Of a stretch of 25,578 bases of DNA, positions 1-7,656 are shown one piece after another. Each line of letters starts with the position of its first letter. Within the stretch, counting starts at the first letter, position 1. A program made the position numbers and the translations under genes. The notes under the pieces were generated by a model. The model was not told where the DNA came from and made no database searches. It worked only from the letters and a program-made list of their open reading frames with translations. This stretch comes from a virus (Duplodnaviria; Caudoviricetes): IMG/VR virus record IMGVR_UViG_3300028906_000013, positions 1 through 25,578 of that record; one strand, written 5' to 3'.

Positions 1-458
1 TACCGCTCCGTGACATACTTCATGAAGACATCGGAGATCAGCTTCCGGGTCGTGACTGTCACTTTCAACACCTTGTGTTTCTTCTGGTGCTTGGTGCCTT
101 TCTGGAGCAGCACTGCCTTCGCGACGGTGATCTCACGTCCGCGCCCCTCACCAGCGGCCAGTGAGCTCGACCCGAAGCGCAGTTCGGTTGGGCGCAGGAG
201 CTTCACCCCCTTCTCCGTTGTGAGTTCGTCCTTCATGACACCTGATTCGACGAGTGGTTCCTCGGAGTCCCCGTACTTCTCCTTGTATTCGATCGTCGCG
301 GGCTGGAGCTTCACACCCTTTTTGAACCCGGCCTTGTTCTTGCTTGCGACGAGGGTGGCGACCTCCTCCATCATCTCCGTGGAACCGCCGATGCGTCGCT
401 CGAGCTTTTCGAGACGCTTCGTCGCGCTCTTGCTGGTTGACTCGATAAGGAGCTGCAT
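1..458 (-). CDS. Virion morphogenesis/neck protein (Mu gpG / tail-completion-like), 152 codons, stop probably at window edge
   Basis: Not in ORF track. My translation: MQLLIESTSKSATKRLEKLERRIGG...KLQPATIEYKEKYGDSEEPLVESGVMKDELT...LLQKGTKHQKKHKVL...FMKYVTER, then TA at the edge. ATG overlaps the upstream TGA. The L.PAT...K, L..SG.(M/L) and Q.GT pattern and position after the adaptor fit this family. Confidence 0.7.
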   Translation of the reverse strand, partial: MQLLIESTSKSATKRLEKLERRIGGSTEMMEEVATLVASKNKAGFKKGVKLQPATIEYKEKYGDSEEPLVESGVMKDELTTEKGVKLLRPTELRFGSSSLAAGEGRGREITVAKAVLLQKGTKHQKKHKVLKVTVTTRKLISDVFMKYVTER

Positions 459-1426
459 CAGGCAATGCTCGGTGCGCGGCGGGTGGGGGAAAGCATCGCC
501 TCGGCGTGGTACGGAAGGCTGACCATTGGGCGCACCCCTTTCTCGTCCGCCTGGACCTGGCTCCCACGACCCACACTTTGCGTCGTGGACCACCACCAGC
601 GCAGCGTCTCTACTGCCGCCATTTTCACGTTCTGCGGGCAGGATTCCTGGCCCGCTTCATAGCGGACATTGACGTTCTGATCAGAGTGTCCGCTGCTGTG
701 GAAAAACGGCATTTCCCCACCACCGGAGGTTCTCCGGGCGATATATCCGAGTTCTTTGTTGACCATGATCGAATACACCTGCCCACCTGCTGGGGTGGGG
801 ACGTTCAGGAGGTCGTAGGCGATCGGTCCCCGGTACTCGATCACCGCGAGGACATTCAAGATCGGTGAGGTGCCATACCCGGCGTTTGCACGGTGCCGGA
901 GCGAGATGATTGTGTGGCCGCCCGCATACCACTCGTCGTAGACCTGGGGGACGATCGGGCCGGTCAGGTTTTCGATGAGCGGCCCGAGGGCCTGGATCCA
1001 TTCGGTGAGTTTCGCGTCATGGATACGGTCCGGGTTCGGGATGTTCAGCCGGTCGAGGACTTCGGGGAGCCCGATGATCGTGCCGACGCCGACGGTCGTG
1101 ATGCTCGGCTCGACGCTGATCGTCAGGTACCCGTCGGTGGGCCAGCGCATTTTCGCGCCGCCACCGAGCACAACCTCCCAGGATGCGAGATACATGCCTG
1201 CTTCGGCCGTGTCCTGTTCGGTGAAGGTGTAGGAGACTTCGCCTTTTTCGGGGCTAGTGATCGCGACGGTACCGGCGAGTCTCACGGGAGAGGGGGCGGT
1301 AGGGCTCCGCATGATGAGTGTGACTGTTGCGCCCGTGAGGTTGGCGGGCTGGTTGTTGGAGTAGGTGAGCGTGTCGGTAAGGATGGGGCTCGTGTCGCCT
1401 TGGCCGATCGTGAAGTCTGCGCTCAT
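458..1426 (-). CDS. Head-tail connector/adaptor (gp6-like) with N-terminal BppU-like beta-sandwich domain
   Basis: Residues ~1-108 (FTIGQGDTSP..NLTGATVTLIMR..KGEVSYTFTEQDTAEAGMYLASWEV..PTDGYLTISV) resemble BppU N-terminal domains. The remainder (LPEVLDRLNI..HDAKLTEWI..LIENLTG..VRYEAG..CPQNVKMAAVE..LPYHAEAMLSPTRR) resembles gp6-type adaptors. Confidence 0.8.
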   Translation of the reverse strand: MSADFTIGQGDTSPILTDTLTYSNNQPANLTGATVTLIMRSPTAPSPVRLAGTVAITSPEKGEVSYTFTEQDTAEAGMYLASWEVVLGGGAKMRWPTDGYLTISVEPSITTVGVGTIIGLPEVLDRLNIPNPDRIHDAKLTEWIQALGPLIENLTGPIVPQVYDEWYAGGHTIISLRHRANAGYGTSPILNVLAVIEYRGPIAYDLLNVPTPAGGQVYSIMVNKELGYIARRTSGGGEMPFFHSSGHSDQNVNVRYEAGQESCPQNVKMAAVETLRWWWSTTQSVGRGSQVQADEKGVRPMVSLPYHAEAMLSPTRRAPSIA

Positions 1427-3123
1427 TCGATGACTCCCGCGAGGGCTCTGGGGTTTACGAGGCCGGGAAGGTTGGGTGTCGCCCTGAGCTTCAGAGCGCT
1501 TGTGCTCGAAGCGTTCGCGGGCTGCAACGCGAGCTGCGTCGGCGTGTAGATCGCGAGATCGCCCAAGCCGGGGAGGGTTTCTTCGCCCGGATAGAGATCG
1601 CCCGGAAAGAGTGGTGTTCCGGCTTCGGAGATGCCACCCGCCGAGTTGAGGGCTATGTCTGTGGGTGTCGCGTCGCGGAACGTGCCACCACTGATCCCGG
1701 CGGCGGGGTTGAGCAGCGTGTAGGCTGGTGCCGTCGCGGCGAGGCTCGCGCTGGATACCGCTGCCGCCTGCTGCATGTCGATGTGGGCGTTCAGGAAGAG
1801 ACTTCCACCCGAGACCCCTGCAGTTGGTTCCAGCGGGATCTGGGTGTTGGCTGTAACCCCCAGGCTGCCGGTGCTCTGCCCGACTGCAGGTTCGAGGGAC
1901 ACCCGGCCTGTGGTGGTCGCGGTGAGCGTCCCGCCACTGGTCGCTGTCGCCTGGGCGAGCGGAACCCCGGTTGGGGCGGTGAGCGGTGTCACCCCGGTTT
2001 CTGATTTGCTCGCGCCCGGCGAGAGGACGACGGTCGTTTCGGCGCTTACCGCCAGCGTGCTTTCGGAGCGTCCGACCGCTTCATTCATCGAGAGCGGGGC
2101 GGTCGTGACAGCCGTGAGGCTTGCACCACTCGATCCCGCAGACGCGGTGAGCGGGATCTGAGTAGGCGCCGTTAGGGGAAGGTCGGACTGCCCTGGGTAG
2201 GTTTCTTCGCCGGGATAGAGTTCTTCGCCGGGTTCAACGCCGGGTGCGCCTGCTTCGGACTGCCCGGATGCCCCGCTGAGGCCAATTTGGGTGTTTGCTG
2301 TCGCCGCGAGAGACCCCGAGCTAGATCCGATGCTGCCACTCAGCGCCGTCCGAGAGGGGGCAGTGAGAGGGGCGACGGCCGCGCTCTGGGCGACGGACGC
2401 CGCGAGTGCAACCTGCGTCTTAGCCGTCACTGCGAGACTTCCGCCGCTCGAGCCGCCGGAAGCGCTCAGTGCGACGGGTATCGGTGCTGGCGCGGCCGCG
2501 TATGCTGCAATCAGGCCAGCCCATGTGCCCGTCGTGGAGAACGTGCCTGTCGCGGTTGCTTTGCTGCCCGCTGTAGGTGTGAGGAGGTACTCCGCTCCGA
2601 GAGACCCGCCCGTCTGGTCAGCGCCAGTGAGTCCTGTTGCACTGCCGCCCGCCGTGAAGGTGCCGAGTGACGCGGTGCTTCCGAAGACACCGATCCAGGC
2701 GTCCCCTTCGAGGAGATTCCCCGTGGTCGGACCCGCCGAGACAGCGGTGCCGATCCCGCTTCCCGAGCCTTTCGTGTCGAGCCAGCTGGTCGATTTGACG
2801 CCCGAGAGCTCGTAGGCCGCTGCCTCGACGATGAGGCTCGCGCCGAACCCGTTGATACTGATCGACGTGACGCCTGCCGTCGTGATCCTCGCGGAGAAGA
2901 TCATCACCGTGATGGCGACGCCGCTCGTGATTTCCGCGTCGAGGTTGTAGGTCGCTCCCGAGGAGTCTGAGCAGGACGCCGCACCCGTTGCGGCTGCCGT
3001 TGCTACCGCGACGACGAGGGTGTTGCCGACGGCGCCAGCGGTGATCGGGAGTGTGACCGCGCCCCCGCCGAGTGGGCTTGTCGTGACTACCTGGCCGCTA
3101 TTGCGGACGAACGTGATAGCCAT
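1423..3123 (-). CDS. Ala/Gly/Ser/Thr-rich fibre-like virion protein: N-terminal beta-sandwich plus ~14 imperfect ~21-aa repeats
   Basis: 566-aa ORF. Repeats such as IPLTASAGSSGASLTAVTTAP and VSLEPAVGQSTGSLGVTANTQ, plus two LYPGEETxPG motifs. Confidence 0.7.
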   Translation of the reverse strand: MAITFVRNSGQVVTTSPLGGGAVTLPITAGAVGNTLVVAVATAAATGAASCSDSSGATYNLDAEITSGVAITVMIFSARITTAGVTSISINGFGASLIVEAAAYELSGVKSTSWLDTKGSGSGIGTAVSAGPTTGNLLEGDAWIGVFGSTASLGTFTAGGSATGLTGADQTGGSLGAEYLLTPTAGSKATATGTFSTTGTWAGLIAAYAAAPAPIPVALSASGGSSGGSLAVTAKTQVALAASVAQSAAVAPLTAPSRTALSGSIGSSSGSLAATANTQIGLSGASGQSEAGAPGVEPGEELYPGEETYPGQSDLPLTAPTQIPLTASAGSSGASLTAVTTAPLSMNEAVGRSESTLAVSAETTVVLSPGASKSETGVTPLTAPTGVPLAQATATSGGTLTATTTGRVSLEPAVGQSTGSLGVTANTQIPLEPTAGVSGGSLFLNAHIDMQQAAAVSSASLAATAPAYTLLNPAAGISGGTFRDATPTDIALNSAGGISEAGTPLFPGDLYPGEETLPGLGDLAIYTPTQLALQPANASSTSALKLRATPNLPGLVNPRALAGVIE

Positions 3124-3166
3124 CCGGGCTCCTATCGGTGCTGGTGAACCTCACGCGAAGCGGCAG

Positions 3167-3379
3167 TCACGCCTCGGTCGCCGTCTGGGCGTCGACCTGG
3201 GCCTGGATCTGGGCGGTGACCTCGTCGAGGGTGAATCTGGGCCAGTCCTTGGCGGACACGATCTTCACCGCGTTCCCGGGCTGCCCGTTCTCGCCCTCGA
3301 GTGCCAGCGGCTGCAGGTTCTCGCCGTCGTCAACGACGTACTCGGGTTGCACAACCACTCTGACGAGTCGGACCTTCAT
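3167..3379 (-). CDS. Small hypothetical protein (70 aa), possible spike chaperone
   Basis: ATG at 3379 overlaps the TGA of the 738-aa gene (ATGA); MKVRLVRVVVQPEYVVDDGENL... Confidence 0.65.
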   Translation of the reverse strand: MKVRLVRVVVQPEYVVDDGENLQPLALEGENGQPGNAVKIVSAKDWPRFTLDEVTAQIQAQVDAQTATEA

Positions 3380-5592
3380 ACGCCCGCTATCGCTTCCCAT
3401 GCCGTGGTGCTGGTGGCGAAGTACATCCGGGTCCCAGCCGCGCCATCTGACCGGAAGTACACGTCACCTTTGGCCTGCCCCGTGAGGGTGCCCGGCGCGC
3501 CTTTCCCGGAGAACTGTTTGACGCCTTCCGAGCCGACCTGCAGCGACGGATTGAGAGCGCCAGTGGCATTGACACGCATGGCGGCTTCCGCGGCCCGCGA
3601 GAGATTTAGCTCTGGGAGTGCGGTGCCGCCTCCCCACTGGATAATCCCGTCCTGCGTGATGACGAACGAATCGGCGGTAGCACCTTCGAGTTTGACTGCT
3701 AGCCACCACTGTTTTGCTGTGGTCGTCGAGACTTCCAGCATGACCGTTTTTTCGCTCGGGGCACGGCCCCCGAGCAGGAAGTTGATCCCGGTCGCGGGAC
3801 CGAGGGCGGGTTTGGAGAGGGTGACCGTCGTTGCGTTGACGTAGGTAACGGTCGTGCCTTCCTGTATGACGGACGGCACAGTCTTTGTGGAGACGAGCTG
3901 GGAGAGTGACTGGCCAGTGTCCCCTGAAGTGAAGGCGGCTGTCGCGCTTTTCAGTTTCGTGAGTTCGCCTTCGACCACTTCCCCATCCGGGAAGCCCTTG
4001 CCCTTCAGCGATTGGATGACCATCGGGACGCTGGAGGCATATAGGTTGACCCTGATCGGGCTGGCTTTGGCGCTGTAGCTCGTCGCGGTCAGCCCAATCC
4101 CCGACGCCCCGGGCGCCTGGCCAACCGACACCCCGAAGCCCGCCGCCTTGACGCTGACGAGGATCCCCCCAGTGGAGCCGTAATCAGTTCCGATGCCGTA
4201 GAGCGCGAAATCGGTCGCATTCTGCCCGGCGACACTGTGGTAGAGGTAGCCACCTTTGCCTTCGTCAATGAAGTCCCATGCGCCCTGGGTGGCTTCGCCT
4301 TCGGCCTTGAGGACGATGCCCGAGCCCGCTTCGGTGCGGAAGAGAGGCGCGATTTCGTTGGGGGTCGAGCCACCGTAGATGGGCGTCTCGGTGAGTGTTA
4401 TGTCACGCCGATCGAAGTTGGTCCCGCCGGAGACTGTCAGCTTGCCGCTGACGCGCCCCGTCTGCGCGACCACTCGTCCGAAGGACGCTTCTCCGTATAT
4501 TTGGTTATTCGCGTCGAGCAAATGGTCTTTTGTTTTAGACCAGGGGCCTGCATACGTCCCGGCCCAGTCCTCGATGTCCCAGAGGTTGATCAGGAGTTGC
4601 GCGAGGTGCGTGGCGGGGATAGAGATCGCCCCCGCGGCGGGGGAGTAGCTGCCGATGTGGTAGACGCACTCCTGCGTAAGCAGGCGGTTGACGATCGACG
4701 AGTGCCCGTCGTTGACATTGATCTGTTCGTTGCCGGTGACGCCGAGACCGAGGATGCAGTAGTTGGCGAGAATCGACTTGGCATTGAGGTGGGCGGAGTT
4801 GCCGATCACACCCGCATAGAGGCCCCTGACGGAGATGCTTTCGACGAGGACTTCGTCGGAGTTGCCGCCCTCCGGGAGCCAGATCCCGAAGGCCGTGGGA
4901 TGGGTCGGTTCGACTTCCGCATACCCTTGGCCGAAGATTTCCACGTCCATCTTGCCGACGCCGACCATCCGCGAGAGGTTTACCCCGGCGATAGAGGGGT
5001 TGCTCGGGAGGTATATGCGCACGTCGGTCATTTCCACGACCGTCGCGCTGAAGTGGGTGTTGACGCCGAGCTGCTCGGTGGTGGGTCCGCCGAGGAACGA
5101 CGGTGGGCCGTGTTCCGCCGAATAGGTCGTTTCCGCTGGCGGTTCGACGTTGAAATGCGTCTTGCCTGGCGCCCCGCGAAACCACAGACGCTGGTTGATG
5201 CCGCCATAGATGGGGAGCGCCACGATCGAGTTCCCCTGCCGGTCGGTGCGGGGGGCTGTTCTGATGTTGTAGGTCGCACCCAGCCGCACTTCAGCCCGGG
5301 GGATTTTGTTGGTGACGGTGTAGTCGATCAGCGCCTGGAATGCCCGCGTGTAGTCTTCGCCTGGTTTGATCCCAAGTTCGGCTGCAAAGTCCTCGGGGTA
5401 CAGAGCGAGGATGCCGAGAGCGGAGCCTTCTTCAGCGAGAGCTCTTCTGATTACCACCGAGGCCGGAAGAGGAATCGCCCCGCTCGTGACCTGCGCCCCT
5501 AGGGCTTCTTCGGCGGCGTTGAGGTTCTGTCGGTTGAGCTTGGTCGGTTCGGCTTCGCCCCTGTTTTTCCATGGGAAGACGGAAAGGGCCAT
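3376..5592 (-). CDS. Tailspike-like protein with probable right-handed beta-helix (polysaccharide depolymerase/receptor-binding)
   Basis: N-terminal W.N...T.LN..NLN..E anchoring motif; YPEDF..EDYTRAFQALID resembles the pectate_lyase_3-type helix start; beta-rich body; C-terminal GAP....KGDVYFRSDG....MY.....W module seen in phage fibres. Confidence 0.75.
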   Translation of the reverse strand: MALSVFPWKNRGEAEPTKLNRQNLNAAEEALGAQVTSGAIPLPASVVIRRALAEEGSALGILALYPEDFAAELGIKPGEDYTRAFQALIDYTVTNKIPRAEVRLGATYNIRTAPRTDRQGNSIVALPIYGGINQRLWFRGAPGKTHFNVEPPAETTYSAEHGPPSFLGGPTTEQLGVNTHFSATVVEMTDVRIYLPSNPSIAGVNLSRMVGVGKMDVEIFGQGYAEVEPTHPTAFGIWLPEGGNSDEVLVESISVRGLYAGVIGNSAHLNAKSILANYCILGLGVTGNEQINVNDGHSSIVNRLLTQECVYHIGSYSPAAGAISIPATHLAQLLINLWDIEDWAGTYAGPWSKTKDHLLDANNQIYGEASFGRVVAQTGRVSGKLTVSGGTNFDRRDITLTETPIYGGSTPNEIAPLFRTEAGSGIVLKAEGEATQGAWDFIDEGKGGYLYHSVAGQNATDFALYGIGTDYGSTGGILVSVKAAGFGVSVGQAPGASGIGLTATSYSAKASPIRVNLYASSVPMVIQSLKGKGFPDGEVVEGELTKLKSATAAFTSGDTGQSLSQLVSTKTVPSVIQEGTTVTYVNATTVTLSKPALGPATGINFLLGGRAPSEKTVMLEVSTTTAKQWWLAVKLEGATADSFVITQDGIIQWGGGTALPELNLSRAAEAAMRVNATGALNPSLQVGSEGVKQFSGKGAPGTLTGQAKGDVYFRSDGAAGTRMYFATSTTAWEAIAGV

Positions 5593-5596
5593 CTGA

Positions 5597-6013
5597 TCAG
5601 ACCAGCGTCAGCGAGAGGACTTCGGCCGCGATCGACGCGGGAGTCTGCGTGGTCGAGATTACTGTTGAAGCCGCCGTGCCCCACATGATCACGTTGCCTT
5701 TCGCCGTTTCCGAGCTGTCACACGCGGCCCATGCGATGATCGTCGAGCTACCACCTGTGCAAGCAGCGAACGTGAAGGCTTCTTTGTTGTTGATCGAGCT
5801 GGGTGTCCCCGCGACAGCCGAGTTCAACACCGACGCGGGGACTTCCTTACGCAGATACCCCGTGTAGGTGGCCTCGGTGATCGTCGCACCCGTGCTTGCG
5901 TTCGTCGGCACTACGGTGAGGAGAGCGAGCCACATCGTGGGTTTCGCGAGTTCTTTCTTGCCCGATACGTGTTCCAGTGTTTTCGTGGCATACGCCTGTG
6001 AGAATCCCGACAT
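5597..6013 (-). CDS. Fibre-associated small virion protein (actinophage gp80-like)
   Basis: Motifs MSGFS..LEHV, WLALLT..P, EATYTGYLRKEV, N...FTFAACTG, GNVIMWG resemble a widespread phage fibre-associated family; SD GGAGG/AAGGA upstream. Confidence 0.7.
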   Translation of the reverse strand: MSGFSQAYATKTLEHVSGKKELAKPTMWLALLTVVPTNASTGATITEATYTGYLRKEVPASVLNSAVAGTPSSINNKEAFTFAACTGGSSTIIAWAACDSSETAKGNVIMWGTAASTVISTTQTPASIAAEVLSLTLV

Positions 6014-6016
6014 TCC

Positions 6017-6358
6017 TTAGCCTCCGATCCCTATTTGGACAGGCCCGGAGGTCTGCTCATGCTCGGCAAGAGCCGGCTCGCTCAACGCGGCCAACCCCGC
6101 CTCGGTCATACGCCACCCATCAGCGTTCTCCGCGAAGCCCTTGGACTCCAAGCCCTCGAGGAAAACGCTGACCTGCTCTTCGGTCCGGGGGGGAATCGAC
6201 CCATCACCCAGGAGTCGTGCGGTTAGCTCGGCTAGCGTGTAGGAGCGGATGCTCTGCGCCGCGCCCCCGTCTAGCTCCGCCTGGATAAAGGCGTCCTCAT
6301 CTGCTGTCCATACCGGTAGATGCCCGAGGACGCGCCGTTCGGTGTCGGATGCGAACAT
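6017..6358 (-). CDS. Hypothetical protein with winged-helix-like segment
   Basis: YTLAELTARL..EEQVSVFLEGLESKGFAENADGWRMTEAGLAAL is wHTH-like; SD AAAGG upstream. Confidence 0.6.
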   Translation of the reverse strand: MFASDTERRVLGHLPVWTADEDAFIQAELDGGAAQSIRSYTLAELTARLLGDGSIPPRTEEQVSVFLEGLESKGFAENADGWRMTEAGLAALSEPALAEHEQTSGPVQIGIGG

Positions 6359-6371
6359 GAGCTGCCTTTCT

Positions 6372-6716
6372 CTAAATGAAGGTCACTCCGACCGTGGTGG
6401 TCGAAGCGGCGTGCAGGATCAGGGACGTGGTGGCAGAGGTGAGAGGAATGACCGCGAAGCCCTGGCCGAGCATCGGGAGACCTGCCTCCGCGAGGTTGAG
6501 ATTCGTGCGTAGCTTGACTTCGGGGCCTTCGATCGTCGTGAAGAAGAGCGCCGCGCTCACAGCGCCTTTCGGGACTGTGATCGTGTTATCGCCCGAGGCA
6601 AGTTCGAGGGTCTCGGACTCCGACAACGCGGTTGTGCCGGTGACTGTCATTGGGCCGATACCGATCTGCCCCGCCGGTCCTTCCGACTTACCGCCCAATG
6701 TCATCTGGCCGGCCAT
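6372..6716 (-). CDS. Small all-beta virion protein (hypothetical)
   Basis: 114-aa ORF coupled to the upstream gene (TGATG); beta-strand-rich (LASGDNTITVPKGAVSA). Confidence 0.7.
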   Translation of the reverse strand: MAGQMTLGGKSEGPAGQIGIGPMTVTGTTALSESETLELASGDNTITVPKGAVSAALFFTTIEGPEVKLRTNLNLAEAGLPMLGQGFAVIPLTSATTSLILHAASTTTVGVTFI

Positions 6717-6991
6717 CAGGCCACCAGATCCTCAATGTTGCACTCGGGGCAGCGAGCGGCGATCATGTTGTGCTCACAGCGAGGCATCGGCTTCCTGCCT
6801 CTACGGGGCCGCTCGGGGGTCGCGGTCTCCATCTCGGTCGTGTCCTCGGTTGTCTCTAGCTCCCCCATGCGGGCCAGTTCCACGTTCATGCAGTGAACCA
6901 TGCCTCCGTCACCAACAGAAGCAGCCTTCGCGCGCTGTTCACGAAACATCGCGGTGCGGCCGGCCCGCGTTGGGGGATAGACCGGGGTCAT
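6716..6991 (-). CDS. Small protein with C-terminal CxH-x6-CxxC putative Zn finger
   Basis: CEHNMIAARCPEC; coupled by TAATG and TGATG junctions. Confidence 0.65.
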   Translation of the reverse strand: MTPVYPPTRAGRTAMFREQRAKAASVGDGGMVHCMNVELARMGELETTEDTTEMETATPERPRRGRKPMPRCEHNMIAARCPECNIEDLVA

Positions 6992-7593
6992 TACGACAGG
7001 ATGAAGAAGGGCACGAGTTCGTTACCCGCAACGGTCCATTCCGCCGCCGCTTCCGTCGCGGCTTTCTGTGCGACCTGCCCGCCCCACACGGGGGCTCCGG
7101 CAGCGAAGGACACCGCGAGTGGTTTGATTTTCCAGCACGCCACCGCAGCGATCGTGGTAGCAGACGAGTTGATCGCCGCATACACGAATTTGTTGGGGGC
7201 GTTTTCTTCGTTGATCAGGACCGGTTTTTCGAGTTCCTGCGTGAAGTTCGCTTCTTTTTTCACCGCTGCGGTTGCCGCTTTGCTCTGGCCGAGCAGTTTG
7301 GAGGCTTTACCGAGAGCAACCCCCCCGTATAGCGCCATGAACGTTTCCGAGGCCGCTTCGCCTTCCGTCCCCGCGATCGGGACCGTAAGCGCGCTGATCT
7401 CCCATCCCCATTCGACGGGGACCGCAGCGATCTGCGTTTTTTTGGTGGTCAGCACCGATTCAGTGAGAGAACCCGACCCGTGAAACGCGAGGTTCGTCGC
7501 TCCCGGGTAGATGCCCGTCACCTTGTTGGAGATGCCCACGGCCGTGAAGACCGGGTTCTGCTGGTAGTAGCGTCCTGATCCAAGATCAGCCAT
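6991..7593 (-). CDS. Probable capsid decoration/cement protein (200 aa)
   Basis: Directly after the capsid gene; SD AAGGAG before ATG 7593 (MADLGSG...), preferred over the ORF-track start at 7650; beta-rich. Function inferred from position. Confidence 0.6.
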   Translation of the reverse strand: MADLGSGRYYQQNPVFTAVGISNKVTGIYPGATNLAFHGSGSLTESVLTTKKTQIAAVPVEWGWEISALTVPIAGTEGEAASETFMALYGGVALGKASKLLGQSKAATAAVKKEANFTQELEKPVLINEENAPNKFVYAAINSSATTIAAVACWKIKPLAVSFAAGAPVWGGQVAQKAATEAAAEWTVAGNELVPFFILS

Positions 7594-7620
7594 TGTCTTG
7601 CTCCTTTGGGAAGGGTTGGG

Positions 7621-7648
7621 GAGGAGCGAGCCCGAAGACCCGCCCCTC
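7621..7648 (-). terminator. 12-bp GC hairpin with C(UUCG)G tetraloop after the capsid gene (attenuator or mRNA stabiliser)
   Basis: Minus strand GAGGGGCGGGTC-TTCG-GGCTCGCTCCTC (three G-U pairs); no U-tract, so probably partial termination or stabilisation. Confidence 0.6.
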
Positions 7649-7656
7649 ACACGTCT

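Noticed and set aside
10-5502. Long plus-strand ORFs (10..522, 893..1549, 3020..3844, 4237..5502)
   Set aside because: Antisense shadows of GC-rich minus-strand structural genes; no motifs.
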